A stretch of DNA of 63,321 nt, counting the filler, from Octopus bimaculoides (Eukaryota), in assembly GCF_001194135.2 (NCBI RefSeq). It is 4 parts of 4 records of this genome, joined end to end, with 100 filler letters (N's around TTAATTAATTAA, not from the genome) between each part and the next. Parts side by side here need not be neighbours in the genome. Positions count along the whole stretch, not along the records: positions 39,937 to 56,242 come from NC_068984.1; 3 more parts are not named here. One strand, 5' to 3'. Of the stretch, positions 40,784 through 53,799 are shown piece by piece. The position numbers were made by a program, and so were the translations under genes. The number at the start of each line of letters is the position of its first letter. The first letter of the stretch is position 1. The notes beneath the pieces were generated by a model, which did not search any database, had not been told where the DNA came from, and saw nothing but the letters and a program-made list of their open reading frames with translations.

Positions 40784-41113
40784 GTATATATATATATTAC
40801 AGCTGATAAATAAACATAGTCACACACTTGTACATGCATACGTACGTACGTACATATATATATATAAACATCACAAGCATCTCCTACATGTCTAAAAGTT
40901 ATTTCTGTTATGAAAACAATTTGCTCTAGATTTCATTGCCTTATGAGTTTTTTGTTTTTTTTCCCCCCTTTTCTCTTATGTTTCTATTTATTTATTTATT
41001 TATTTATTTATTTATTCTAAAATATTTTAAACTCCCCCGATCCACCCCGTTATTTTGTTAACTTTGGAACATTGCAAACAAATTTAGCATATATTCTGTC
41101 ACTGAGATTTTGT

Positions 41114-41149
<36 letters not shown>

Positions 41150-41993
41150 ACTCATTACTAGTTGTTTTGGACATTGTACTGTAGCCATGCTGGAGCACCG
41201 CTTTGAAGGCTTTCATGCAATCATTTTTGCTACTGTACATAATTTTGAGTCTACCACTCATTGCTTTCGGTCTGTCAAGATGCTAAGTTGACAAATATAT
41301 GCACATACATAAGTACATACACACATACATACATACATACATGTATTTATATGTATGTATAAATATATATGTATATGGTTGTGTGCAAATGGCTCTGTGC
41401 ATATATAAGTGTGTATATATNNNNNNNNNNNNNNNNNNNNNNNNNNNNNNNNNNNNNNNNNNNNNNNNNNNNNNNNNNNNNNNNNNNNNNNNNNNNNNNN
41501 NNNNNNNNNNNNNNNNNNNNNNNNNNNNNNNNNNNNNNNNNNNNNNNNNNNNNNNNNNNNNNNNNNNNNNNNNNNNNNNNNNNNNNNNNNNNNNNNNNNN
41601 NNNNNNNNNNNNNNNNNNNNNNNNNNNNNNNNNNNNNNNNNNNNNNNNNNNNNNNNNNNNNNNNNNNNNNNNNNNNNNNNNNNNNNNNNNNNNNNNNNNN
41701 NNNNNNNNNNNNNNNNNNNNNNNNNNNNNNNNNNNNNNNNNNNNNNNNNNNNNNNNNNNNNNNNNNNNNNNNNNNNNNNNNNNNNNNNNNNNNNNNNNNN
41801 NNNNNNNNNNNNNNNNNNNNNNNNNNNNNNNNNNNNNNNNNNNNNNNNNNNNNNNNNNNNNNNNNNNNNNNNNNNNNNNNNNNNNNNNNNNNNNNNNNNN
41901 NNNNNNNNNNNNNNNNNNNNNNNCCATCTGTCCCATGAATGCATGGAAAACCAAACAACGGTGCTGATTGATAGTGATGATGAGGATGATGAT

Positions 41994-42037
<44 letters not shown>

Positions 42038-42045
42038 CACACACA

Positions 42046-42080
<35 letters not shown>

Positions 42081-42529
42081 TAGTTTGTTGATATTTCTTG
42101 CAGTATCTGTTTTTTTTTCCAAAATGTCCTAAATATAAATAAACAAAAACAATCAAGTTTTACGTCTATTATTCCTAAGTACAATTAATCCTCTTAATTA
42201 ATGTCTAATGGAAACAGTCTGCTTTAGATATTTCTGTAAATTTTAGAATTATTTAAGAATTATTGTTGCATTTGATGAAATATGTATGTTTTAAATTTAT
42301 TTCTTACTCAAGCCTCTGTTCAGAACTGAACTCTGCAAATGGTTCTGACTTTGGGTTGTTGGGCTAAAAACAACAACAGTCCCCATAACTGCCAAGGTCA
42401 ACTTTGACTTTCACCCTGTCCTTGAGTTAATGAAATAAAGACCCCAGTCTGGTGCAGGGGGTCAATTTAATTAGCAAACCTCTGCCCACCTCCATCAAAT
42501 TTGTCACCTTGTACCTATGTAAGAGAAGT

Positions 42530-42915
42530 GGAGGCGCAATGGCCCAGTGGTTAGGGCAGCGGACTCGCAGTCATAGGATCGCAGTTTCGATTCCCAGACC
42601 GGGCATTGTGAGTGTTTATTGAGCGAAAACACCTAAAGCTCCACGAGGCTCCGGCAGGGGATGGTGGTGAACCCTGCTGTACTCTTTCACCACAAACTTT
42701 CTCTCACTCTTACTTCCTGTTTCTGTTGTGCCTGTAATTCAAAGGGTCAGCCTTGTCACACTCTGTGTCACGCTGAATATCCCCCGAGAACTACGTTAAG
42801 GGCACACATGTCTGTGGAGTGCTCAGCCACTTGCACGTTAATTTAACGAGCAGGCTGTTTTGTTGATCGGAATCAACTGGAACCCTCGATGTCGTATGCG
42901 ACGGAGTGCCAACAA
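42530..42915 (+). mobile_element. Full-length tRNA-derived SINE (family C)
   Basis: A box TGGCCCAGTGG, B box GTTTCGATTCC, ~385 bp long, ends in (AAC)n. Confidence 0.92.
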
Positions 42916-42989
42916 CAACGATGGACGATATAAGAGAAACGATTTTTATTTTCATTATCATTTATTATCATTTTCACCTTTATTTATTA

Positions 42990-43312
42990 ACAGAATTCAC
43001 ATTTTCATTAACAATATTCATCATCACTGTTGGCAACAGCAGCAGCAGCCGCAGCGGCGGCGGTGGCGATGGCAGTGGTGGCATCACCAATGTTGCTGCT
43101 TTCATATTCACTCGCGTTCATTTCCATCATTGTCCCCCGCCGCCACCATCCTTCACCTCAAAGGACTCCTTTTCCACCTTTGTTTTCTCTCCATCATCAA
43201 AAAACAATAGCGATTACAATTAACATCACCATAGCCACCGCCACGGCAACCACCTCCATCCCCACCACCATCATCACAACAACAACAACAACTGCGTGCA
43301 CCGTCACCATTG

Positions 43313-43344
<32 letters not shown>

Positions 43345-43560
43345 AGCAGCAGTTGCATCAGCTGCAGTACAGGCATTGGCTAATGGTATTGCGAACAGAT
43401 ATTACGTCTTTTGTCGCTCCCATCCATCATCATCGTCATCATCATCATCATCATCATCATCATCGACACCATCATCGTCGTCATCGTCATCAGTAACAAC
43501 AACAACAACAACAACAATAACATTTGCTAGAACTGATAGTGAGAACAACTGAAACAATCA
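42990..43560. repeat. Mixed trinucleotide low-complexity tract (CAG/CAT/CAC/AAC)
   Basis: Direct inspection. It produces the poly-Q/H/S pseudo-ORFs in the track. Confidence 0.9.
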
Positions 43561-43703
43561 CCATGTATTGATTGCTGTCTCTCCGAACACGCATCACTCC
43601 TCCCTCTCCGATTATTGTTTTGTTATCGCCAGCCTCCTCCTTTATCTATTGTTTGTGCTCTGCTTGCGTGTGCCTTTTATGCATTTGTATATACACACAA
43701 TAC

Positions 43704-43774
<71 letters not shown>

Positions 43775-43838
43775 CATATATATATGTGCATGCATATACA
43801 TATATATATATATATGTGTGTGTGCATATATATATGTG

Positions 43839-43879
<41 letters not shown>

Positions 43880-44061
43880 ATGTATGTATGTGTGCTTGTA
43901 CATATATGTGCATAAGCGTACATAGACGTTTTTGCATGCATGTGTACTTGAATAAGTTCTGTGTCACAAATGCCACTCACTCCTTATAGGCATATCGCCT
44001 GGCATGGGTCAGATTTGATAAAAGACTGGTCTATACTTAGCAAATCATTCTATAAATAACT

Positions 44062-44105
<44 letters not shown>

Positions 44106-44581
44106 ATAGGTATTAGATAGACAGACAGATATAGATAAAATGTATATGAGGACAAATTATAAATTATATATGCTCCATATCAAAACCATTTCAGGCACTT
44201 ATCTAGAACAGGAAAATAACAAACAAAACATACACAAAAAAGAAAGGAATTTTTACCAGAACCAGAAGTACATGCTTATTGAATTCTGGTGTACATTTCC
44301 AAATTTTCAGGCATAAAAGTCAACGTAATACATTGTATAAACATGTAGCATAAGCATTGAAACAGCATAACTATTTTTCTGAATCGTGTTGCATTTCCCA
44401 TAGGTTTTTTGGTCCTCCAAAGTTGGCAGTGCGTAGAAAGCAGTCAAGCAACCTTTTTGTTGGCTGTAAATTTCAGATCTGAAAAAAATTTGTATATTAT
44501 TGTAAAACTGAAAAATTCTGTTATTTTAACAGTTAAATTATAATTCATACTATTTATATCACTTACAATCATTTTTATTGT

Positions 44582-44963
44582 GAAAGCGCAATGGCCCAGT
44601 GGTTAGGGCAGCGGACTCGCGGTCATAGGATCGCAGTTTCGATTCCCAGGCTGGGCGTTGTGAGTGTTTATTGAGTGAAAAAACCTAAAGCTCCACAAGG
44701 CTCCAGCAGCGGGGATGGTGGCGAACACTGCTGTACTCTCTCGCCACAACTTTCTCTCACTCTTGCTTTCTGTTTCTGTTGTGCCTGTAATTCAAAGGGT
44801 CAGCCTTGTCACACTGTGTCACGCTGAATATCCCCGAGAACTACGTTAAGGGTACACGTGTCTGTGGAGTGCTCAGCCACTTGCACGTTAATTTCACGAG
44901 CAGGCTGTTCCGTTGATCAGATCAACTGGAACCCTCGACGTCGTAAGCGACAGAGTGCCAACA
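44582..44963 (+). mobile_element. Full-length tRNA-derived SINE (family C) with 17-bp target-site duplication
   Basis: About 90% similar by eye to 42530-42915. ACAATCATTTTTATTGT occurs at 44565-44581 and 44964-44980. Confidence 0.93.
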
Positions 44964-45117
44964 ACAATCATTTTTATTGTAAACATTGAATTTTATGTCA
45001 TGTTTAACTTTATTATTATGCATTATAGGACAGCTTTTGCTTAAGTTGAGTAAAATGACTATGATATTATCTATAATTCTCGTGGGGTGTTTGGTAACAA
45101 TTATCTGAATGTTTTTT

Positions 45118-46180
45118 AACTTGCTTCAGTCATTGGACTGTGACCATGCTGGGGCACTACCTTGAAGGGTTTTAGTGAAACAAATCAATCCAAGTTCTTG
45201 TTTTTAAATGTAGCCCATATTCTACTGTTCTCTTTTGCAAAACTGCTAAGTTATGGGAACAAAAACAAGCCAGCACCAGTTGTCAAGCAATGATATGGGA
45301 CAAACACTAGCACACTCATATATACACTTCCTCACATATATAAATATATATATATNNNNNNNNNNNNNNNNNNNNNNNNNNNNNNNNNNNNNNNNNNNNN
45401 NNNNNNNNNNNNNNNNNNNNNNNNNNNNNNNNNNNNNNNNNNNNNNNNNNNNNNNNNNNNNNNNNNNNNNNNNNNNNNNNNNNNNNNNNNNNNNNNNNNN
45501 NNNNNNNNNNNNNNNNNNNNNNNNNNNNNNNNNNNNNNNNNNNNNNNNNNNNNNNNNNNNNNNNNNNNNNNNNNNNNNNNNNNNNNNNNNNNNNNNNNNN
45601 NNNNNNNNNNNNNNNNNNNNNNNNNNNNNNNNNNNNNNNNNNNNNNNNNNNNNNNNNNNNNNNNNNNNNNNNNNNNNNNNNNNNNNNNNATATATATAGT
45701 TAAAACTTACTTGCAAATGGACGCGTGGCATTCGATAATATAATAATACAAATGATATGTGAGTATATGCATATATACATACATATATGTACATACCTAC
45801 ATCTACATGTATATATATAGATGGATATCCAGGTACAGGACATCAAAATAACGTGGACAAAAATGGAAGGGAACATAAACAAAGCAAAAAAAAAAACAGA
45901 CTTTTTTTACGGATAACAGAATGAACACATAGGAAAACAGACTAGCCACATATGGAACTTTTCCTTCATCAGCTGCTTCTATTCTAAACTAGGCATTTCG
46001 AAGATGATACTTATATATACTCACATACATATATATATATTCATACAAGATATTTCCACACAGTTTCCATCATCTACCAGATTCACTCACGAGACATTGC
46101 TTGGCTCAAGGCTATGCCTCACAGTGGGACTGAACCCAAAACCACATGGCTGCAAAACAAGCTGGATGACCACATAGCCA
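45118..46180 (-). mobile_element. Composite SINE family B (reverse) with extra sequence nested in the central microsatellite
   Basis: 3' module at ~45118-45310, TA tract/gap, a non-SINE segment at ~45830-46010, then the head at ~46055-46180 (ccagattcactcacgag...gggactgaacccaaaaccacatgg). Confidence 0.7.
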
Positions 46181-47894
46181 CACATAAGCCTATGAAGATT
46201 ATACATTTATATCAGCATATTCGATAGGAGAAACGCACAAGTGCTTTGTAGTATAACAATCACTATGGTGGTTGCCACGGATACAAAGCATCAATCCGGC
46301 TGGAAAATATCCTTTTCCCTTTTTCATTTTTATTGCAAAATTTTTTCCCTACGTTGTAAATAAGTACTTGTGTATATCATCAGGTTCCTAATGATTAAAT
46401 TATTTTTAATCACTGTACACTCATTAAGTTTATTTATGATCAGGTTGCTTTTTCATTTAGAAGGCATAATTAGGCTGTATCATGTCCGGAAAAGCCTACA
46501 TATCTACCTCAGATTACACCAACTCAATCTTGCGTGTCACAATTAAATTTTTAGGCAGTTATCATTTTTGAGTTCTCTGCCCTGCTATTTTTGAAAATAA
46601 GTTTTCGTTAAAACTTAAGACTTTCTTGCAAATTTTGAATATAATTTCACTGGATTTAAAATTATTTTTGGTGTACTCCATTAAGTTAGCCAGCACTTAT
46701 CTATCTTTCTAGTTATCTGTGTATCTGTGTTTTTATATATGTTACCCCCACTCTCTCTTTCTCTGTGTATATATATATATNNNNNNNNNNNNNNNNNNNN
46801 NNNNNNNNNNNNNNNNNNNNNNNNNNNNNNNNNNNNNNNNNNNNNNNNNNNNNNNNNNNNNNNNNNNNNNNNNNNNNNNNNNNNNNNNNNNNNNNNNNNN
46901 NNNNNNNNNNNNNNNNNNNNNNNNNNNNNNNNNNNNNNNNNNNNNNNNNNNNNNNNNNNNNNNNNNNNNNNNNNNNNNNNNNNNNNNNNNNNNNNNNNNN
47001 NNNNNNNNNNNNNNNNNNNNNNNNNNNNNNNNNNNNNNNNNNNNNNNNNNNNNNNNNNNNNNNNNNNNNNNNNNNNNNNNNNNTATATATATATATATAT
47101 ATATCTATTACATATTTACATATATGTATGTTTATATATATATATATATATACATACATACGCATGAATGTATATGTATGTATATGCATATGTATGTACA
47201 TGCATGGTTAGATCTGCGCATAAAGATATGGATATGAATACACGCTTACATGCAAACATACACACATACACACACACCACACATACAAACATACATATAT
47301 ACATACATACATATATACATACATACATATATATACAAACATACATACGTTGCATACACGTTCTGCTTGATTACACACCACTATTTTGCTCACTTTGTCC
47401 CAGTCTTGGAACGGTTTCTCGGTCAACAACTGCTGCCTGTTGAGGTCAGGCCAACACTACCACCTACTGTGATTCTCCCACACGCTTTTGGTTACAGAAA
47501 AGAAAACTAAAAACCAAATGGTTACTAGGATATGAAGTGAATGTGTTGCATGTGTGTTGCTATGGTTACTGATGCAGAGATTACCAAGCGATAGAATGAT
47601 TCTCTCTCTTCGTCACTGTCTGTCTGTCTGTCTCTCTCTCTCTGTCTCTCTCTCTTTATCTCTCTCTCTCTCTCTCTCTGCCTGCGTAGTTAATAGATAT
47701 TGCCTCATCACTTACAGTTGTGTTCTAAAGGTGTGTTGGAGCATGGATACATGGATGTGTTTGTCTGTCTGTCAATATACGTGTATGTGTGCTTGTATGT
47801 ACATGTTTTTTATTAATATTTATGTGTGTGTGCGTGTGTGTATTTATCCACACGATACACACACATGTGTATATATAATACACATGCATATATA

Positions 47895-48772
47895 CAAGGT
47901 GCGATGGGTAAATTGTCGCCATTTTATATTTTTAATTTCACACATGTGCATTGCTTGTTTTTGATCTTGTTGACTACACAGTATAGTAGGGTCAGTTGGG
48001 CACCATCTTTGAGAAGAACCACCATGACGCAATACACTTTACCAGAAATTTGGGAACAATATGCTGTACTGCTTGGCATTCGTGGCAGAAGCTCCAACAT
48101 GAACAGATGGTGAACACACAGAACAAGCGTTGGCTTGACAGCTCCCCAAAAATTGTACTAAGAGTGATAAAAATCAAACATCCAATCAACATCATAGTTT
48201 GGAGTGATCAGTAGTGATTGTTACTTTATGTTTCTAGTCATCTTCCGACATGGCCTCACACTCAACACACAGGCGTACATCAAGTGCCTAGAGAAGGTAG
48301 TGCTGCTCTGGGTCAAGACAGTGGTTGCTGCTAGAAGACCCTATGTCTGGCAACAGGACTCTGCACCATGCCAAACAAGCAGAAGAACTCAGTCATGGCT
48401 GTCAGACAATCCCTGTGACCACATCATCCCTAATATCTGGCCACCTAACTCCCCAGACAGTAAACCCTTTGATTATTATATGTGGGGCACAGTTGAATGA
48501 GACACCAACAAAACTCCTTGTTACACCAAAGGTGAATTGAAGGCAAGGATTATGGCAGCATTCACCAACTTAAACAAAGAGACCATCCAGAAGAGTTACA
48601 GGCGACTCTGAAGTTGTCTGGAGACCATGGTTGAGGCCAATGACGGTTTTATTGAATCAATTTACTCTTTAGTATTTCAAGATATATAACTTTGATAAAT
48701 ATATGTTAAAACGAGATGTCAGTGTTATTTTCATTTCTTTTGTAATTTAGACAACACATTCACCACACCCTG
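47895..48772 (+). mobile_element. Internally deleted Tc1/mariner transposon, DD37D (maT) family
   Basis: TA flanks both ends, with diverged TIRs (CAAGGTGCG... / ...CACACCCTG). Transposase pieces are MTQYTLPEIWEQYAVLLGIRG, then QMVNTQNKRWL...KHPINIIV, then FRHGLTLNTQAYIKCLEKVV...VWQQDSAPCQTSRRTQSWLSDNPCDHIIPNIWPPNSPDSKPFDYYMWG. There are 37 residues between the QQD and PFD aspartates. Confidence 0.92.
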
Positions 48773-48929
48773 TATATATAGATATGATACATGCGTATAT
48801 ATATATATATATATATATATATAGGATATACATGTATATGCTTTTGAGCAGATGAGCATGTGTGTATGTATTTATATATATTTGCACACACACACACACA
48901 CACATGCATACAAAAGATGCCAGTTACAT

Positions 48930-49170
48930 TACGGAGCAAAAGAGAGTGCTCCAAATAAATAGAATTCCTGGAAAGTGGTAGGCATTGAAGATTTGGGATG
49001 AAGTGTTGGAGACTGACCCAAAGATGCTGAACCGCAAAAAGGAGATAATAAATGGGTGTATGAGCTGTGGTGAAGTGCTGAGTTGAAGACATGACCAGCG
49101 CATGCAAGTTGTCTCATCTCTAGTGCTGGCATCATGATAAAATGTACCCAGTACAATTTGTAAAGTGGTT
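48930..49170 (+). mobile_element. Highly degenerate RTE-LINE ORF C-terminus / 3' UTR
   Basis: KIWDEVLETDPKMLN resembles the RTE C-terminal (RP)RKTWDEVV..DL..L pattern. It is followed by aaaatgtacccagtacaatttgtaaagtggttg, similar to 56036-56066. Confidence 0.5.
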
Positions 49171-49301
49171 GAGATAACAAGCCAGAGAAAACATACCTCG
49201 AAGTACCATAAATAGACCATAAAACAAGATTTGATCCTTGCCCTAAGAGTATAGTTACAGCCCATCTATTCCATACTGTCATGGAAACATGTAAATTAAT
49301 G

Positions 49302-49354
<53 letters not shown>

Positions 49355-49406
49355 AACATATACATTTTGTTATAATTGATATATACTTACATATGTATGT
49401 ATAAAT

Positions 49407-49447
<41 letters not shown>

Positions 49448-49816
49448 CAATTTGCAGAATTGTAAAACTTGACACCACTTACCATTTGCATCGAAAGCAC
49501 ATAAAGGTTGTTTACAATGATAACTACGAACTAATATAGTTCTTAAATTTGACGGGGAGGAGCAGGCTGGCTCACTAGTGTAATAGGTAACACACTTAGT
49601 CGTGTTAAGAGAGGGATGTGGGTTTAAGTTCCACATGTATAGGAAAGCCTACTTTTTTCTGTCGAGGGCTCATATGCCCCATTATTAGACTATTTTCCTT
49701 AGCCCTTTGCACTGTGATCATTGTAAGCTTTAAGCTTATAAAAAAAAAATAACATTATTATTATTTACAGAAGTGAAAAACTTGACACTGCCTAACAAAA
49801 CCATTTGCACCAAAAG

Positions 49817-49849
<33 letters not shown>

Positions 49850-50020
49850 GTTTTTAAAAAGCATAGGTGATGGTGCTATGTAAAAAGTACTGGTGCCNNN
49901 NNNNNNNNNNNNNNNNNNNNNNNNNNNNNNNNNNNNNNNNNNNNNNNNNNNNNNNNNNNNNNNNNNNNNNNNNNNNNNNNNNNNNNNNNNNNNNNNNNNN
50001 NNNNNNNNNNNNNNNNNNNN

Positions 50021-50127
50021 GACTATGGAATCTGGTATTGCCCCCTGGATTTGCCATATCCTGTGAAGTCATCCAACCCCTGCCAGCATGGAAAACAGAC
50101 GTTAAATGATGATGATGATGATGACGA
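50021..50127 (+). mobile_element. RTE-type 3' tail
   Basis: catccaacccctgccagcatggaaaacagacgttaaatgatgatgatg. Confidence 0.75.
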
Positions 50128-50688
50128 TTAAGATGATATGTTGTTAGTTATAGTCCTCCTGGTTGTAACATGCAAAATTAAAACCAAGCACGCCTGAGAA
50201 CACTCTCATGCTGTGTTCACTTGATTCCTAGAATGCAGAGATCCTCAAAGTAAATTTTGTAAGCAGTAAAGGTTTTTAGCAACTAGAAAAGAAGCCAGGA
50301 CCCTACTGCCAACAGAAAAATGGCCATAGTTGATGCAGAGAAAATGAGTTGGTGGCAATTCTATACAGTACATCCATTGTAAGCCATGGACACAGAAGAG
50401 GTGTAGTGGGTTCACAGGCAGGGTGTGTCTGCTTGTTTGAGTGTAGCAGGTTCTATATCTAATTGGTGCTAACAAATGCCTTTTTGTCTATCATGCGTGC
50501 ATGTATATAAGTACATGTATGTATGTGAATGCATGGAGATGTATATGTGTATGCTTACTCATATATATGTGTTCGTGTGTGGGTGTGTGTGTACTTGTAC
50601 CTGTATCTTTATATAATATATATGTATGTACGTTGAGAGAAAGAGAGAGAGCTAGATATATTTATATGTATATGTATGTCTGTATATA

Positions 50689-50727
<39 letters not shown>

Positions 50728-51339
50728 TCACACACACACACACACAATGCATATATGGGTGCAGGATGTCACTAACGGTGCAAATAACATGAAATACATA
50801 TGTCTGTATATGCACATGTATGTGTGTGTATACATGCATATATACATGCATATGACTATATATATTTATGTATATATATATATATATATNNNNNNNNNNA
50901 TATATATGCAAGTGTGTATATTTATATATATATACATACACATATGCATACATACATGCACATATATACACACTCACACACATATGTATATCTATATGTT
51001 GCGGATAGTTTGAAAATATTAATTTCACACTCAGCTTATTCCTATCACAAATTATTTTATTATATTTCAGCGCATTTTTTTATTTATGCGTTTTGGTTTT
51101 TAAAATTTCAATTCTACCAATATGTTTTCTGTGATTGTCGCAGCATTTTATTCACCATGCTATGAAATTTAATAGAAATTTTAAAAATTATTGATTTCCT
51201 GCAGATAGTTTTGTGTATTTGTACACTTGTGTTTTCTTTCATGTTTAAAAGAACAGCACAACAAATACATATCTTCGAAGATCTCTCTCTTATCTGTTAA
51301 TCCTGAGTGTGTGTGTATATATATATATATCCATGTAAA

Positions 51340-51570
51340 GGCTCATGGCCTGGTGGTCAAGGTGTTGTATTCCACTCAGATTGTGGTTTCGATTCCTAGG
51401 CCAGGCGGTAGAATGTATTCTTAAGCAAAACACTTCATCACACGTTGCTCTGCAGTCACTTTGATGTCTGACACACAGCACACCCTGCACTTGTAGAAGC
51501 AATGTCTATTTGATACAGGGTGTGATTGCAAACATTTGATCACTACAAACAAATAATCTGTGCAGGTTCA
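51340..51570 (+). mobile_element. tRNA-derived SINE with the family-C-like head and a different body
   Basis: tggcctggtggtcaagg (A box), gtttcgattcc (B box), ttaagcaaaacacttcatcacacgttgct as at 57930-57956. Confidence 0.7.
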
Positions 51571-52710
51571 TGACTCCAGCTGTCCATTTAAGCACGATTT
51601 CTATGGCTGGATGCCCTTCCTCATGCCAACCACTTAACAGAGTGTGCTGGTACAGCAAAAGAAATAGAATGCAGAGACTATACACATTCGGCTCAATATC
51701 CCAAAGTGAGAATTTGTGGTTCTCATCATAACCCAGCACACATGTACACACACACACACACACACATACACACACATACACTGTACATTTATGCAAAGAC
51801 CATGAGCACTTGCTCTTTCTTTCAGACCCAACATGCACAGCCAAAAGAAAGCAAACAAAGGGACTGTATACATTTGGCTCAATACCCCAAACTGAGAACT
51901 TGTGGTTCACATCATAGCCCAACACACATGCATGCAAACACACACACACACATGTGCTCACTGTACTGTTATGACAACACACTTTCAGGTGATATCTGAT
52001 CAAATCTGTTGGCTTGTATGGATTTCAGTTTTACATTACAGATGCATATATCATGTAGGGAAAAGAAAGGCATATTTTTTCTTCTATGATCTATCAATCT
52101 GTAAATCATCTGCCTTTAATTATCATAAATAGCAATGATAATTGCTTCAGATTTTGGCCCTCGGCCAGTAATTTTCTGGAGAGGGGTTACTTCATTACAT
52201 TGCCCCATCCTTTCACACGACTTGATTGATACTTTATTTTATTGATTCCAAAAGGATGAAAGGCAGACTCAACCTTTCTGGAATTTGAACTCGGAATGTA
52301 AACAGCCAGAAGAAATGCCACTATGCATTTTATTAAACTTGCTGACAATTCTGCCAGGCACACAGCCAATAATTTATGAAGGGAGGTAGGTAGTCGATGC
52401 CACTGACCCAGCACTTTAGCTGTTACTTTATGTCATCAATTCTGGTGAGGGTGGTGAGGTGTGGGATAAAAGGCAAAGTTTATCTTGCTGAGATTTTGAA
52501 CCCAGAAGATAAAGATCTGAAGAGATATTGCAAGGTAAGTTCTCCAATGCCCCAACAATTCTACCAATCCACTACCCTAATAATAATAATAACAACTAAT
52601 AATAACAACTAATAATAATAACTAATAATAATAATAATGATGATAATGATAATAGTAATGGTGATGATAATGATAATAATAATAATAATAATAATTGTAA
52701 TTATAAATGC

Positions 52711-53175
52711 CCTGATGCAGTATCATGTAGTGGTTCTCATGGCTTCTGATCTTAACTGATTGGTAGTGTTATCATGTACATTCTGCTGAATACTACAGAT
52801 TTACCTGTCAGTTGTTTGACCCTAACCAGTTGAGCATGTCCCTTGGTGGCTGACGATATGTGCATCTCCGCTCATGAGCAGAAGTAATCGGGGAGTATCA
52901 TAGCCATGTGTTGAGAGGAATTCTTTGGGGTTTGAATGATTCACCTTTGGAAACATGGGTGTTTCATTCTTTTTCCTTAAACAACCATTATTCAGGGACC
53001 TTTTGAATGGGTTGGGCTACTCGACCTGAAGAAAATTCTAACTGGGCCCCATCTGCAAAGTCATGCACTATTTATATTGATATGAGATCACTGTGTCACG
53101 CACATACGGTTGTGATGCATGTGCCTGGTATACCCTTATCAGACGGGTAGTCATGATGGGTATACTGGGCTTTGT
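52711..53175. repeat. Interspersed repeat flanked by (AAT)n tracts, class not determined
   Basis: A non-coding, moderately GC-rich block embedded between AAT microsatellites, resembling a retroelement 3' region. Only one copy lies in this window. Confidence 0.45.
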
Positions 53176-53351
53176 ATATTTGTACCCCACTGTCACTTTG
53201 ATGGCATGTACTTCTCTCTCACTCAGTAATAAAAATAATAATAATAGAAGTAATAATAATAATAATCCACTACTCTTATAATAATAATAATAATAATAAT
53301 AATATCCACTACCCTGATGATCATAATAATGATAATAATAATAGTATTAAT

Positions 53352-53563
53352 CCTTTCTACTGGAAGCACAAGGCGTCAAATTTGGAGAATGGATTAAGTC
53401 GATTACTTTGATCCCAGTGCATGACTGGTACTTATTTAATTGAACCCAAAAGGATGAAAGGCAAAGTTGACCTTGGTGGAATTTGAACTCAGAAAATGAA
53501 GATGAACAAAATACTGCAAAGCATTTTACCCAGCATGCTAACGATTCTACCAGTTCACTGCCT
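53352..53563 (-). mobile_element. SINE family A (reverse)
   Basis: aaaaggatgaaaggcaaagttgaccttggtggaatttgaactcagaa...gcatgctaacgattctaccag. Confidence 0.85.
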
Positions 53564-53709
53564 TTATTATAATAATAATAATAATAACGATAATAATCAT
53601 AATGGTACCCTGGTGCATCGAAAAACAAACACAAGAAAAAAAAAACAACAACACGAGGATGTGGTATATGCAAAGTATTAGCAGATGCTCAGGGAAGGAA
53701 AGAAAGATG

Positions 53710-53745
53710 GTTTGATGTTTCGAGCAGACGCTCTTCTTCAGAAAC
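53710..53745 (-). ncRNA. Minimal type I hammerhead ribozyme motif (Penelope/retrozyme-type), slightly decayed
   Basis: The minus strand reads GUUU-CUGAAGA-A-GAGC-GUCU-GCUC-GAAA-C-AUC-AAAC. It has the core CUGANGA and GAAA, helix II GAGC/GCUC, helix I GUUU/AAAC and an AUC cleavage triplet. Confidence 0.65.
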
Positions 53746-53799
53746 AGGAGACAGAGGAAAGTCCAAGAGAAAAGGAAGGCAGTGTGTGTGTATGTGTTT

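Noticed and set aside
42530-42605. tRNA-like sequence with A and B boxes
   Set aside because: It is a SINE head continuous with a repeat body, not an independent tRNA gene.
45958-46003. GAAA...CUGAUGA on the minus strand resembling a type II hammerhead
   Set aside because: Helices I and III cannot be formed convincingly. At most it is a degraded or permuted relic.
52420-52540. Strong donor AAG|GTAAGT with an upstream ORF
   Set aside because: It lies in a degenerate SINE fragment.
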